DNA of 64,000 nt from Promethearchaeota archaeon (GTDB taxonomy: Archaea; Asgardarchaeota; Lokiarchaeia; Sigyniarchaeales; SOKP01): contig JAUVNS010000001.1 in the NCBI GenBank assembly GCA_030599585.1, forward strand, positions 96,001-160,000. The letters are read 5' to 3'. This document shows, one piece after another, positions 29,269 through 39,323 of the stretch (positions are counted from its first letter, which is position 1; each line of letters starts with the position of its first letter). Both the position numbers and the translations under genes were made by a program. The notes beneath the pieces were generated by a model. The model ran no database searches. It was not told the origin of the DNA and saw only the letters and a program-made list of their open reading frames with translations.

Positions 29269-31092
29269 ATGACAGACCCTAAAGCTATAGAAAACAATCC
29301 TTTTAAAGAGTTAGGTGAAATTCCAGAAAAAAAATACGCCGATGGATATATAGTTGATTCGACATATATAACCGTAAGAGAGGGCGTTAAAATTGCTGCT
29401 ACTATCTGTCTCCCGAAGGGACTTTCCATAGATACTAAAATTCCTACAGTGTTAACGCAAACGAGGTATTGGAGAGCAATGGAATTACGAATTCCTTTTA
29501 GGTGGGTTCTTGATAGTATGGTGCCTAATACTCCAAACCCGGAGGTTATTACTAGTCGAGGTTACGCACTTATTTATACTGATGTCAGAGGAACTGGGGC
29601 ATCAGATGGTACTCGGGTAGTTCCGTTTTCTGAAGAAGAGATCATGGACGGTTCTGATGTAATTGATTGGATAATATCTCAGCCTTGGTCAGATGGAAAC
29701 GTCGTATCTAAAGGTATTTCGTATACTGGAACTACAGCGGAGTTATTTGCTAAGAATAATCACAGCGCAATAAAAGCGGTTGTACCGGGACATGGTTTCT
29801 GGGATCCTTACACAGATGTCGCATTTCCAGGTGGATGTTTCGACCATGCCTTTATGCAATTATGGTCATTTTTAGGGAAGAATTTAGATTTAAATAGTCC
29901 TAAAGTCTTCAGACAATTAATGCCCGGAGTTTGGTTACTTGCAAAAGGTGTAAAACCTGTAAAAAGCGACAACGACCTAAAATTATTACAAGATGCTATA
30001 AAACAACATAAATCAAATAAATATGTTTACGAGCATACGCTAACTAGGGATTTTCGCGACGACAAGCTTCCTGATGGCACCGTTTTTGACGATCTTAGTA
30101 TATTTGCTCGAAAAGAAAAGATTGAAAGTTCAAACATTCCAATGTTGGCTTGGTGTTCGTGGTTAGATTCTGGTTATGGAGACGCAATTGTTAATCGATT
30201 TATGAATACATCTACTTCTCAAATTGCTATTTTGGGCGATTGGAGCCACGGAGCTGGCTACCCTGCAAACCAGTTTTTTCCTAATCGGACTTTCGTAACT
30301 CCGACTCCTGAAGATAAGGTTCACGCATGGATTAATTTCTTCGATAAATGCGTATATGGCGATGGAATACAAGGAAAAACTATATATTATTATACTCTAG
30401 CGGAAGAAAAATGGAAGAAGTCGAATGTTTGGCCCCCTAAAGGGCACTTTTATCAAAAATGGTATTTTTCAGAAAACAATTCGCTAATAAGAGAAGAACC
30501 TAAGGAAAATACTGGATCCGACGATTACAAAGTAAATTACCGGGCTACAACCGGACGGAATAATAGATGGTGGGCGCTTTTAGGTTTGCCTATAACATAT
30601 TATAACAGAAACAAAATCGATGAGAAGTTGTTATGTTATACAAGCAAACCTTTCGAATCTGATACAGTAATCACCGGTCAAATAATTGCATGTCTTTATT
30701 TATCCTCCACCCACAAAGATGGTGCTATTTTCGCTTATTTTGAGGATGTTGATGAGAGTGGTAATGTTACATATATTACCGATGGAGAGTTCCGACCACT
30801 CCACAGAAAAATTCTAACAGATGAGCCACCGTATAAAATGTTAATTCCTTACCATAGTTATAAAAAAGAAGATTCTGCGCCTTTAATTCCAGGAGAGATA
30901 ACTGAGGTTAAGTTTGGGTTCCATGTAACTTCAGTTCTTATTAAAAAAGGACATAAAATTAAAATTGCCATTGCTGGAGCCGATAAAGATACATTTATAC
31001 GTTATCCTGCAGAGGGAAGGCCTACGATTACTATTTCTCGAAATAAAGACTTTCCGTCTTATATTGAACTTCCAATTATAAAGAAGGAGTAA
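29269..31092 (+). CDS. CocE/NonD family serine hydrolase
   Basis: TRYWR, DVRGTGASDG, GISYTG nucleophile elbow, GDWSHG. Confidence 0.9.
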   Translation: MTDPKAIENNPFKELGEIPEKKYADGYIVDSTYITVREGVKIAATICLPKGLSIDTKIPTVLTQTRYWRAMELRIPFRWVLDSMVPNTPNPEVITSRGYALIYTDVRGTGASDGTRVVPFSEEEIMDGSDVIDWIISQPWSDGNVVSKGISYTGTTAELFAKNNHSAIKAVVPGHGFWDPYTDVAFPGGCFDHAFMQLWSFLGKNLDLNSPKVFRQLMPGVWLLAKGVKPVKSDNDLKLLQDAIKQHKSNKYVYEHTLTRDFRDDKLPDGTVFDDLSIFARKEKIESSNIPMLAWCSWLDSGYGDAIVNRFMNTSTSQIAILGDWSHGAGYPANQFFPNRTFVTPTPEDKVHAWINFFDKCVYGDGIQGKTIYYYTLAEEKWKKSNVWPPKGHFYQKWYFSENNSLIREEPKENTGSDDYKVNYRATTGRNNRWWALLGLPITYYNRNKIDEKLLCYTSKPFESDTVITGQIIACLYLSSTHKDGAIFAYFEDVDESGNVTYITDGEFRPLHRKILTDEPPYKMLIPYHSYKKEDSAPLIPGEITEVKFGFHVTSVLIKKGHKIKIAIAGADKDTFIRYPAEGRPTITISRNKDFPSYIELPIIKKE

Positions 31093-31109
31093 ATTAACTC
31101 GTTAAATAG

Positions 31110-31478
31110 GTGATAAAAAAAATGGAAGAAATTTTACAACGGTTAAAAGGTATGTTAAAAGAAGCGACGGTAATAAAATCTGATGCAACAAAATTTGAAA
31201 TAACTATTACTATAGTTAAAAAAATTCACGGTAATGTGGCAGAGCCTGATGAAATCATCGTAATGTTAAAAATGTACGGTGGATTGAGGGAAGATATCCC
31301 TATGGAAGTAGATATCGATAACGATGCTCAAAATATCACGCTAAAATTCCAGAGCGAAGAGGATTTCATAAAAGTCGCAAAAATAATGGAAACATTATGG
31401 GATAACGCTGTAGATATGCTTACTTCAGCCATGGAAGGCGATATAAGTCGTATTAAAGATATTCCGAAAATTGATTAG
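31110..31478 (+). CDS. hypothetical protein
   Basis: 122-aa ORF. Confidence 0.6.
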   Translation: MIKKMEEILQRLKGMLKEATVIKSDATKFEITITIVKKIHGNVAEPDEIIVMLKMYGGLREDIPMEVDIDNDAQNITLKFQSEEDFIKVAKIMETLWDNAVDMLTSAMEGDISRIKDIPKID

Positions 31479-31520
31479 ATAGTTAAAAAATAAATTATTT
31501 TTATTCTTTTTTTTCTTGTT

Positions 31521-32519
31521 TTAAATCGTGATATGATCTAAGTGGTCTTTTCTAAATTGAATGTTTTTTTTTAAAGTAGAAAAGAAATCTGATAGGTCGA
31601 TATTTCCGCCGCTTATTATAATTCCAATCCTTTTATTTTTAATTAAAGGTGACTCTATGTTACCGCTCAATATACCTGCCAAAGGCACTGCTCCTGAAGG
31701 TTCTACAACAAGTTTCATGCGTTCCCAATAGAATTTCATAGCGTCAATTATCTGTTCCTCTGTAACTGTAATTATATCATCTACAAATTCCTTAATTATA
31801 GGAAATGTTTTTTCTCCTACTGAAGTCCTTAAACCGTCCGCAATTGTGTTCGGATTTTCTACGGGAACCCTTTTCCCTAGTTGAAACGAGCGAAACGCAT
31901 CGTCAGCATTCTTAGGCTCCACGCCTATAACTTTAATTCGGGGATTTATTCCTTTTGCTGCAATTGAACATCCACTAATCAATCCACCACCACCTACGGG
32001 AACGAGTAATAGATCAATTCTATTTACAGCACGGACTAATTCATACGCCGTTGTTCCAGCTCCAAAAATTACGTGATAATCATCGAAAGGGTGAACGAGT
32101 TTATACGAGTATTTTTGAACTAATTCTTCTGCCATTTTTTCTCGATCTCCAGGGTTATTGCCGCATAAAACAACTTCTGCCCCATAACCTTGCGTAGCCT
32201 GGATTTTCGAGGGCGTAGCGTTATTAGGCATTACTATAGTAGCTTTCGTTTGTAAAATTTGAGCTACTAATGCTACTGCTTGAGCAAAATTTCCTGAAGA
32301 ATGGGCAATAATTCCTTTTTTTCTTTCTAGAGAAGCTAAGTGGCTAATAGAGTTCCAAGCACCTCTGAACTTAAAAGAACCCGTCCGTTGGAAGTTCTCA
32401 CACTTAATTACTACTCTCTTAGCGCCTGTTATGGAATCTAATGTCCTACTTGTCATAATAGGGGTCTTTTTTGCTACATCAGAGACAACTCTAGCAGCAT
32501 TTTTTATGTTTTTAAAAAT
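31521..32519 (-). CDS. PLP-dependent threonine ammonia-lyase/serine racemase; start extended to about 32519 (track 32456)
   Basis: KCENFQRTGSFKFRGA, SSGN, PVGGGGL, SGGN; upstream IFKNIKNAARVVSDVAKKTPI is the usual N-terminal helix + TP motif. Confidence 0.9.
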   Translation of the reverse strand: MFKNIKNAARVVSDVAKKTPIMTSRTLDSITGAKRVVIKCENFQRTGSFKFRGAWNSISHLASLERKKGIIAHSSGNFAQAVALVAQILQTKATIVMPNNATPSKIQATQGYGAEVVLCGNNPGDREKMAEELVQKYSYKLVHPFDDYHVIFGAGTTAYELVRAVNRIDLLLVPVGGGGLISGCSIAAKGINPRIKVIGVEPKNADDAFRSFQLGKRVPVENPNTIADGLRTSVGEKTFPIIKEFVDDIITVTEEQIIDAMKFYWERMKLVVEPSGAVPLAGILSGNIESPLIKNKRIGIIISGGNIDLSDFFSTLKKNIQFRKDHLDHITI

Positions 32520-32687
32520 CGTTTTCAGCTCCTTGTGTATGAAATATGATCTTAATCTATGTATGTTAAAGTTTCTAATACATTTCTTTTTGATGGCATA
32601 TAAAATGTGTGTAATCTTAAAAAAAATCTCATATTGATTAAGTTCGAGGGGAAAATTATATATAAAAAAGTAGCTAATACGATTATT

Positions 32688-32726
32688 ATGCCATATGTAG
32701 AACTTGATAAAGGATACATTATTTAG
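32688..32726 (+). pseudogene. 5' stub of a gene (MPYVELDKGYII*), alpha/beta-hydrolase-like start
   Basis: ATG about 20 nt after TTATATATAAAA; stops after 12 codons. Confidence 0.35.
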
Positions 32727-32811
32727 AAAAAGCTTTTAGTACATAATCCTTGAATGGAACATGTAGCGGCGTTAGCTCAATGCTTTCGATTTTAAATCTC
32801 ATATCTAACAT
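32719..32811 (-). pseudogene. 5' stub resembling an enolase-superfamily (mandelate racemase-like) N-terminus
   Basis: MLDMRFKIESIELTPLHVPFKDYVLKAFSK*. Confidence 0.45.
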
Positions 32812-32944
32812 AAGCTTGAATTAAATAAAGGAATTTAACAAGATTTAGATAATAGGTTTTAATTTTTATTCTTTTTTGAAAAAATATAAATTTACATTAT
32901 TTAAGAGATAATATAATTTCTTGTTATCTCTACGAAGGTTCTTT

Positions 32945-34675
32945 TTAAATGTGGTTAAGGCCACAATTAGTACAGAAATTGCTTTGTTTTTTAGAAAGAA
33001 AGCCACAATTGGGACATATCTTATGTGACTTTAAAGCTTTCTTTATTTCTATTACGAGATCGAAAAAATCTCGGGAATACGGATTTAGACGACTCTTGAT
33101 TAAAAAAATAGCTTCATAAAATTTTTTTTGATCAAAATAGATTCTTGCCAAAGAATGTTTGGCTTTGTCGGAATTTATATCAATTTCCAGTGCTTTCTTA
33201 AAGAATTTCATTGCCATTTCGAGATTTTCTTTTCCGTAAAACGCATATCCCATGTACAAGCGTCCTAAAAAGTGTTTAGGAATGAGTTCTAATATTTTAT
33301 TGCAAATAGTAGTAGCTTTGTCATATTCCTTATTCTTAATATAAATATATGCAAGACTCAACTTTATTATATTTGAATAGGGATTAAGTGCTAGAGCCAT
33401 ATTGATTGCTCTTTTTGCCCTATCTAATTCTTTGGCATTCGCATGATATATTCCTAAAAGCTCCCATGCATTTTCATCGGTTCTGTTAAAATTTATCCAC
33501 TTTTCACACAAGTAAATAGCCTTTTGATACCTCCTCCTTCTATTATAAACAATACTTAAAAATTTAAAAGAGTAAATACTCTTTTGGAAACATTTAATTG
33601 CCTTATAATATTGCCCCTTAACTAAGTAAATTTGGCCTATGATTAAGTATATGTAATCATGTCGTACCTTTGGATTAGTACGTTTCAATTTTATTAAAAG
33701 ATTCATTGCCAAATCATAATCACCAGTGCTGATATAAATTAGGATCTTATTAATGATCAAATTATTATGATTTTTGAAACGTACCAAGCCACGTATTGTT
33801 GTATCCATCGCATTTGTAAATTCATACTTTTCAATATAAAGCTTACCTAGCCAAACATATACGCTAGAAGGAATCTTCCTTTTAGCTACAAATTTGAGAG
33901 CTTTATCATAAGATTCCTTAGCTTCTATATATCTTCCCATGCTTGCATGAACAAAACCCCTATTTACATAATATTGGGCTACTTCGGGATGCTTTTTGAC
34001 TAATTTTTCGCTGAGCGTTATTGCTTTATCGAACTTATTCAAATTAATGTACAAAAGAAGAATATAAGAATATATATCCGTTATATATCTATGGGATGGA
34101 TCGATTGTTACTAATTTCTTCAAAAACTTTAATGCTTTTCTATTTTGATTAAGTCTCATGTATGAGTGCGCTAAATAATCTAGTGCATCTACATTTTGAG
34201 AATCTTCTTTCAATATCAGATTAAATATTTCTATAGCCTTCTCGAACTGGATGTTATTAAAAAATTTGATTGCAGACTCTCTTGGATGAGAAATGAATAT
34301 AAGTTTTCTGCAATTTGGGCAATACACATCTTCTCGTGTTAGTTCTTGGTCACAATATATGCAATGCTTCGTTGATATGAGAACCTTCGTAGCCATAATA
34401 TCTCCTGCTTTTCGTAGTTTTTTAAGGAGAAGAAATGCAAAATGTTTATCGAGAAGTTCAAGAGAGTAGTTGTTTTCTGCCCATGCTTGTAAGGCAGAGC
34501 AATGGCCCCAAAAATTAGTTTCTGGAGTAATAAGGGTTGGTTCATGAGTTGCAAGTTCCATTAATTTTAGGTGTTTGCACTGCGTAAACACATCATTTCT
34601 TATGTAAATATTGGTTTTTCCTTCCTCGAGTTTGAGAGTGAGATACTCGTTTACTTTGAATTCAGTCATGATCAA
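32945..34675 (-). CDS. TPR protein with Lokiarchaeia-type N-terminal domain and two zinc ribbons
   Basis: EFKVNEYLTLKLE...FWGHCSALQAWAENNY; CIYC..CPNC; about 11 TPR-like repeats; C-term CPNC..CTNC. Confidence 0.85.
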   Translation of the reverse strand: MIMTEFKVNEYLTLKLEEGKTNIYIRNDVFTQCKHLKLMELATHEPTLITPETNFWGHCSALQAWAENNYSLELLDKHFAFLLLKKLRKAGDIMATKVLISTKHCIYCDQELTREDVYCPNCRKLIFISHPRESAIKFFNNIQFEKAIEIFNLILKEDSQNVDALDYLAHSYMRLNQNRKALKFLKKLVTIDPSHRYITDIYSYILLLYINLNKFDKAITLSEKLVKKHPEVAQYYVNRGFVHASMGRYIEAKESYDKALKFVAKRKIPSSVYVWLGKLYIEKYEFTNAMDTTIRGLVRFKNHNNLIINKILIYISTGDYDLAMNLLIKLKRTNPKVRHDYIYLIIGQIYLVKGQYYKAIKCFQKSIYSFKFLSIVYNRRRRYQKAIYLCEKWINFNRTDENAWELLGIYHANAKELDRAKRAINMALALNPYSNIIKLSLAYIYIKNKEYDKATTICNKILELIPKHFLGRLYMGYAFYGKENLEMAMKFFKKALEIDINSDKAKHSLARIYFDQKKFYEAIFLIKSRLNPYSRDFFDLVIEIKKALKSHKICPNCGFLSKKQSNFCTNCGLNHI

Positions 34676-34753
34676 AATGGAGTTTGTCTTAATACTATCT
34701 TAGATATAATTCAATAAAAACTTTTAATTATGTTCGAAAAAATTAAATGCGAA

Positions 34754-35449
34754 TTAGATAAAAATAATTTTCTCGAAAAGAAAATAGAAAAAGGATGCGC
34801 TCCCAAGATACAATAGCATTACACCAAAAGCAGCTATAATTAGCATTAAGTATTGTTTATTTTTTGTCTTTTGAAAATAATAAAATGTGCTTAGACCGAG
34901 TATTATTTCAGGTATAATTATGTAGACTGCTAAATGATCGAAAATCAGAGTGACATTTTGAGGATACCACGATTGCAGCATCCACATAGATTGCTCAGAA
35001 AACCCAAAAATCGCCAATGAAATTAATCCTACGGCAATAAGGGTTTTACAGGGAGAATATTTTTCTTGTAGCTTCAAGCCAATGAAACAAATCAAAAATA
35101 AAGGGATAACCCATAATCCTGCCATATACCCCGAAACAGTGCCAATTTTAAAAAGCCCATCATCTGGAAAGACTAATATGTTTAACTGAGCCGATAAGAA
35201 CCAATCTGGCCATATTTGGAATAAACTAATTAAAAACACAAAAACCCATAGTTTTATCCATTCATTATATTTTCGGAACAATCCTACTAATAGAATCAGT
35301 AAATTATAACTAGCTACAAGTATAAACAATTTAATCCCTATAGCGATTGGGATTGGTATTAATAAAACAGCCAAGCACAAACTTATGAAAATAAGATGAA
35401 CTATAATAAAATCCCTAGTCGATTTTTCTGTATTTGCGTTTTTCACCAT
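34754..35449 (-). CDS. multi-pass membrane protein (DUF6989-like)
   Basis: About 7 TM; PDWFLS...LVFP...YMAGLWVIP. Confidence 0.65.
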   Translation of the reverse strand: MVKNANTEKSTRDFIIVHLIFISLCLAVLLIPIPIAIGIKLFILVASYNLLILLVGLFRKYNEWIKLWVFVFLISLFQIWPDWFLSAQLNILVFPDDGLFKIGTVSGYMAGLWVIPLFLICFIGLKLQEKYSPCKTLIAVGLISLAIFGFSEQSMWMLQSWYPQNVTLIFDHLAVYIIIPEIILGLSTFYYFQKTKNKQYLMLIIAAFGVMLLYLGSASFFYFLFEKIIFI

Positions 35450-35526
35450 AATATTACCAATATTAAAGAAATATATATACTTTTAAAATTTTAAACTTTC
35501 AATAAACATAAAAACTTTAAAAAAAA

Positions 35527-36366
35527 GTGGAATTTATGGGAATTGATGTAAAAAAGTTAAGAGAAGACTTCAAAGAGCCTTACGAACTGGTTAACACTTC
35601 TGATGGAATAACATTATTTTTAAGAAAATGGGAAACCCAGAGTCCATCAAATAAGGCTATACTAATTTTTCACGGAATTACCGCTTACAGTGAACCGTAT
35701 GAAATGTTCGCTAATGCAATCTCAAAAACAGGATTTACTGTTGTTGGATTAGATTTAAGAGGTCATGGGTTATCTGACGGTATTAGGGGCGATTATCCGA
35801 GTAAAGAGAGGTTAATAAACGATCTTGTAGAAACCATAGCGTATCTAAAAAAACAATACAGTACGCTATTGCTATTTGGACACAGTCTAGGAGTCCTTAC
35901 CGCTTTTATAACAAAAAAAAATAGTACTGAAAAAATTGATGGGTTAATTTTATTGAGCGCCGGCAAAACTGTTAATCCTGGAGTTTACAAGAGTCCTTCA
36001 GTTCTACAGAAATTAAAAATACTAATTAGTTCGATCTTTCGCCCTAGCAAACCTGTGATAAATTATTATCGAGAGGGTATTTCAGGCTTAGACGATCCGC
36101 TATTCAATTTTAAATATACGTTACGATTTATGAGGCTAGTAAGTTTTCAAGATTTAGACTTTTCAGAAGAAATAGAATGCCCGGTAATTCTTGGTGTTGG
36201 AGAGCACGATGAAATATTCTCTGTAGAATCAGCTCAATCACTGCTTGATGAAATTCCTTCCAATGATAAAAAATTCTTTGTTATGGCTGGTGCTAAGCAT
36301 GCTGTTGAATTTTCTGAAGAAGTTTTCAAAGACATCAAATCTTGGTTGAGTGCTAAATTCTCATGA
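35527..36366 (+). CDS. alpha/beta hydrolase (lysophospholipase/monoacylglycerol lipase-like)
   Basis: HGITAYS, DLRGHGLS, GHSLG, D and AKH. Confidence 0.9.
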   Translation: MEFMGIDVKKLREDFKEPYELVNTSDGITLFLRKWETQSPSNKAILIFHGITAYSEPYEMFANAISKTGFTVVGLDLRGHGLSDGIRGDYPSKERLINDLVETIAYLKKQYSTLLLFGHSLGVLTAFITKKNSTEKIDGLILLSAGKTVNPGVYKSPSVLQKLKILISSIFRPSKPVINYYREGISGLDDPLFNFKYTLRFMRLVSFQDLDFSEEIECPVILGVGEHDEIFSVESAQSLLDEIPSNDKKFFVMAGAKHAVEFSEEVFKDIKSWLSAKFS

Positions 36367-36399
36367 AAAAATTAAAGTAATTGATTAAGGTGTTTTTGT

Positions 36400-37251
36400 A
36401 TGGCAAAGGAAATTAAAAGGATTGGAATTGTTGGAGCTGGTTTTACCGGAAAACAGATAGCAGCTCAAACTGCTTTAAACGATTTTGTTGTGGATGTTTA
36501 TGATATTGACCCAAAAGTTTTAGAAGGCGCTGAAAAATACATAAGCGGTGTTCTAAAACGAAAAAATAAGATGGATTCAATCCAAAAAGTTTCATACTAT
36601 TCAGATCTAGATAAAGCGTTAGAGGATGTTGATCTCGTGGTTGAAGCAGTTCCAGAAAATCTTGAGTTAAAAAAGAAAATTTTTTCCCAGATTGATAGTA
36701 TCGCACCTGTCCACACAATAATAGGGACAAATAGTTCTTCATATCCTGTTTCAAAAATCGAGTCTGCGGTTAAAAGGAAAGATAAAGTTTTAAATTTGCA
36801 TTTTTATCCACCTATTCCTACGCGCCCAATGGTAGACATTATGGCTGGCTCTGAAACAAGCCAAGAAACTTTTGAAAAAGGGAAGCAGTGGATAATAGAT
36901 ATTAAATGTGAACCCCTCGTGGTTAAAAAAGAGTGTTTAGGATTTGTTTTCAATAGAGTCTGGCACGCCGTAAAAAAAGAATGCTTAAAAATTTGGGACG
37001 GAGGATACGCCGATATAGAAACAGTTGATACTGCGTGGAAAATTTTTACAGGGATGAAAATGGGGCCATTTACTATGATGGATGGTATCGGATTAGATGT
37101 TGCTTATGCAGTAGAAATGTCTTATTATGAAGCGAGTGGAGACCCAAATGATAAACCACCTGATGCGCTTAAAGAGCTGGTAGAAAATGGGGATTTGGGT
37201 ATGAAAACGGGAAAAGGATTTTACACTTTTAGAAGAAGAAGAAAGAAATAG
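36400..37251 (+). CDS. 3-hydroxyacyl-CoA dehydrogenase family protein
   Basis: GAGFTG, EAVPENLELKK, TNSSS, GFVFNR, MGPF, GMKTGKGFY. Confidence 0.9.
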   Translation: MAKEIKRIGIVGAGFTGKQIAAQTALNDFVVDVYDIDPKVLEGAEKYISGVLKRKNKMDSIQKVSYYSDLDKALEDVDLVVEAVPENLELKKKIFSQIDSIAPVHTIIGTNSSSYPVSKIESAVKRKDKVLNLHFYPPIPTRPMVDIMAGSETSQETFEKGKQWIIDIKCEPLVVKKECLGFVFNRVWHAVKKECLKIWDGGYADIETVDTAWKIFTGMKMGPFTMMDGIGLDVAYAVEMSYYEASGDPNDKPPDALKELVENGDLGMKTGKGFYTFRRRRKK

Positions 37252-37265
37252 CTTTTTTTATATTA

Positions 37266-38198
37266 TCAATTTAAAAGTAAAATTAAGATCCAGATAAGAC
37301 CAAAACTAATTATTATCGTAAGATTTACAACCATCGTGACTAATTTTTGGTCGTAACCATTTTCTACAGAAAAGGGGATAACAGCAAGACCCACTGGAAG
37401 GATCAAGGAGAGACAAATAATTATTCTAAATAAATGGTTGAATATGGTTGGTGGCAATAAGAAAAATAAGGTTAACCCTACCAGAAGGCCTATGCCATAT
37501 CTTAATACTAAAACCTTGATTATTGAAATCCATTCCGCTTTTCCAAATTTAAAGTGAAGAAAGACCCCTAACAATAACAACGCTAAAGCTGAATTCGCCC
37601 GTGCTAATATATCTAATAGTTCAGAGAAAAAACTTGGTATTACAAATCCCGAGAAATTAATAATTAAGGCAACAATATAGCTTAATATAGGAGCAGATCT
37701 AACTATTCTCTTTAAAATGTATTTAACATTAATCTTAACAACATTTTCTTGATTTTTTGGAGAATAAATAGTTGACATAATATAACATACTATAAATATC
37801 GTAAAGGCGTTTCCTGCGTCAACGAGAGCGATATATTGCATACCTGGTTGACCCCAAATGCCTTCTACTAAAGGGAAAAAAAAATTCGCTACATTGAACC
37901 CTATCATTGTCATAATCATAGCTCCTTTTATGTTAGAAGGATGTTTTCGAAAAACTAATAACGCAAGAAATGTCATAAAAAAGCCAAAAACTACGCTGAT
38001 TAAAGGTAAAAGAACCAAGGACAGTTCAAATTGAATAGTTGTCGTAACTTGAAGAATTACAGCTGGAAGAGTGATGTTAAAGATAATTTTAGCAATTGTA
38101 TCTCCATCAGTTTCTTTTAAGATGTTTAATTTTTTAACTAAATAACCAATAGCGACAATCGAGATTGATAGTAAAAAAATTACATTTACGTCTGTCAT
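37266..38198 (-). CDS. AEC (auxin efflux carrier) family transporter
   Basis: 10 TM; FNITLPAVI, GFNVANFFFP. Confidence 0.85.
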   Translation of the reverse strand: MTDVNVIFLLSISIVAIGYLVKKLNILKETDGDTIAKIIFNITLPAVILQVTTTIQFELSLVLLPLISVVFGFFMTFLALLVFRKHPSNIKGAMIMTMIGFNVANFFFPLVEGIWGQPGMQYIALVDAGNAFTIFIVCYIMSTIYSPKNQENVVKINVKYILKRIVRSAPILSYIVALIINFSGFVIPSFFSELLDILARANSALALLLLGVFLHFKFGKAEWISIIKVLVLRYGIGLLVGLTLFFLLPPTIFNHLFRIIICLSLILPVGLAVIPFSVENGYDQKLVTMVVNLTIIISFGLIWILILLLN

Positions 38199-38309
38199 GC
38201 TCGCTTATTTTTGGTCTTGTTTAATTGGTAGTTATAATATTTAAAATAATTAAATAATTATCTAACTTGTTTTAATAATATATAGAATTATTATAATTGC
38301 TGAGGATAA

Positions 38310-39224
38310 ATGAAACCTAACCTATTAACAAACAAAAAAGTTATAATCACCGCTGCTATTACGGGTGGAATTCACGGTAAATGGGCTAATCCATGTTTAC
38401 CATTAACTGCTGAAGAGCAAGCGCAGGACGCTTTAGAATGTTATGAAGCGGGGGCATCTATTGTTCATATCCATGTTCGTGGAGATGATGGTCAAAATAC
38501 TCCTGATTTAAGCTATTACGGTAAAACCGTCAAACAAATTGGGGAAATATGTCCTATGATTAGACAAATAGGAAACGGCATTGGTGCGCAAGTCGTTGAA
38601 CATAAATTCACAACTAAGTCTGGCAAAAGAAGAACTACAACCGAAATTGTCCAACCTTCGTTAGAAGAACGGTTAAATCTTCTCAATATAGATCCTGAAC
38701 CTGAGATGCACACTATTAACGCCGGATCGTTTGAATTTAGAACGCCTTATGGAGGGTCTTTGTTCAAAAACCCGCAAGATTTCAATCGCAAATACATCAA
38801 AAGATGCAATAAAAAAGGTTTTGGCATAGAAATCGAAGTATACGATTCAAGTCACATTACTAATGTGTTAGAATTTGTCGAAACGGGATTGTTAAACCCT
38901 CCCTTACATTTTAGCTTAGTCTTAGGAATTAAAGGGGGCGCTGAAGCTAACCCCGCTAATTTGTTACACATGATTGATCAATTACCAGAAGGTTCAACAT
39001 GGCAAGTTGTAACAGTCGGTAAATTCAATTTACGAACGACTGTAATGGCAATGTGTATGGGAGGAAACGTACGAACTGGTTTAGAAGATACTATTTATTA
39101 TGGAAAAGGCGAGTTAGCTCAGAATAACGCACAATTGGTCAAACGAATGGTTAGAATAGCTAAGGAAATCGGAAGAGAAGTCGCAACAGTCGATGAAGCT
39201 AAGGAAATTTTAGGAATAATGTAA
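38310..39224 (+). CDS. beta-keto acid cleavage enzyme (BKACE/Kce, DUF849)
   Basis: IITAAITG, AGASIVHIHVR, GGNVRTGLED, NAQLV. Confidence 0.9.
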   Translation: MKPNLLTNKKVIITAAITGGIHGKWANPCLPLTAEEQAQDALECYEAGASIVHIHVRGDDGQNTPDLSYYGKTVKQIGEICPMIRQIGNGIGAQVVEHKFTTKSGKRRTTTEIVQPSLEERLNLLNIDPEPEMHTINAGSFEFRTPYGGSLFKNPQDFNRKYIKRCNKKGFGIEIEVYDSSHITNVLEFVETGLLNPPLHFSLVLGIKGGAEANPANLLHMIDQLPEGSTWQVVTVGKFNLRTTVMAMCMGGNVRTGLEDTIYYGKGELAQNNAQLVKRMVRIAKEIGREVATVDEAKEILGIM

Positions 39225-39323
39225 AATGCGTTGGAATTATTCAACGTGACTTATTTTTTAGACATAAAAGTATTTTCACACTAACATTTATTAATTGAAG
39301 TTAGATCACAATATATAGCACTA

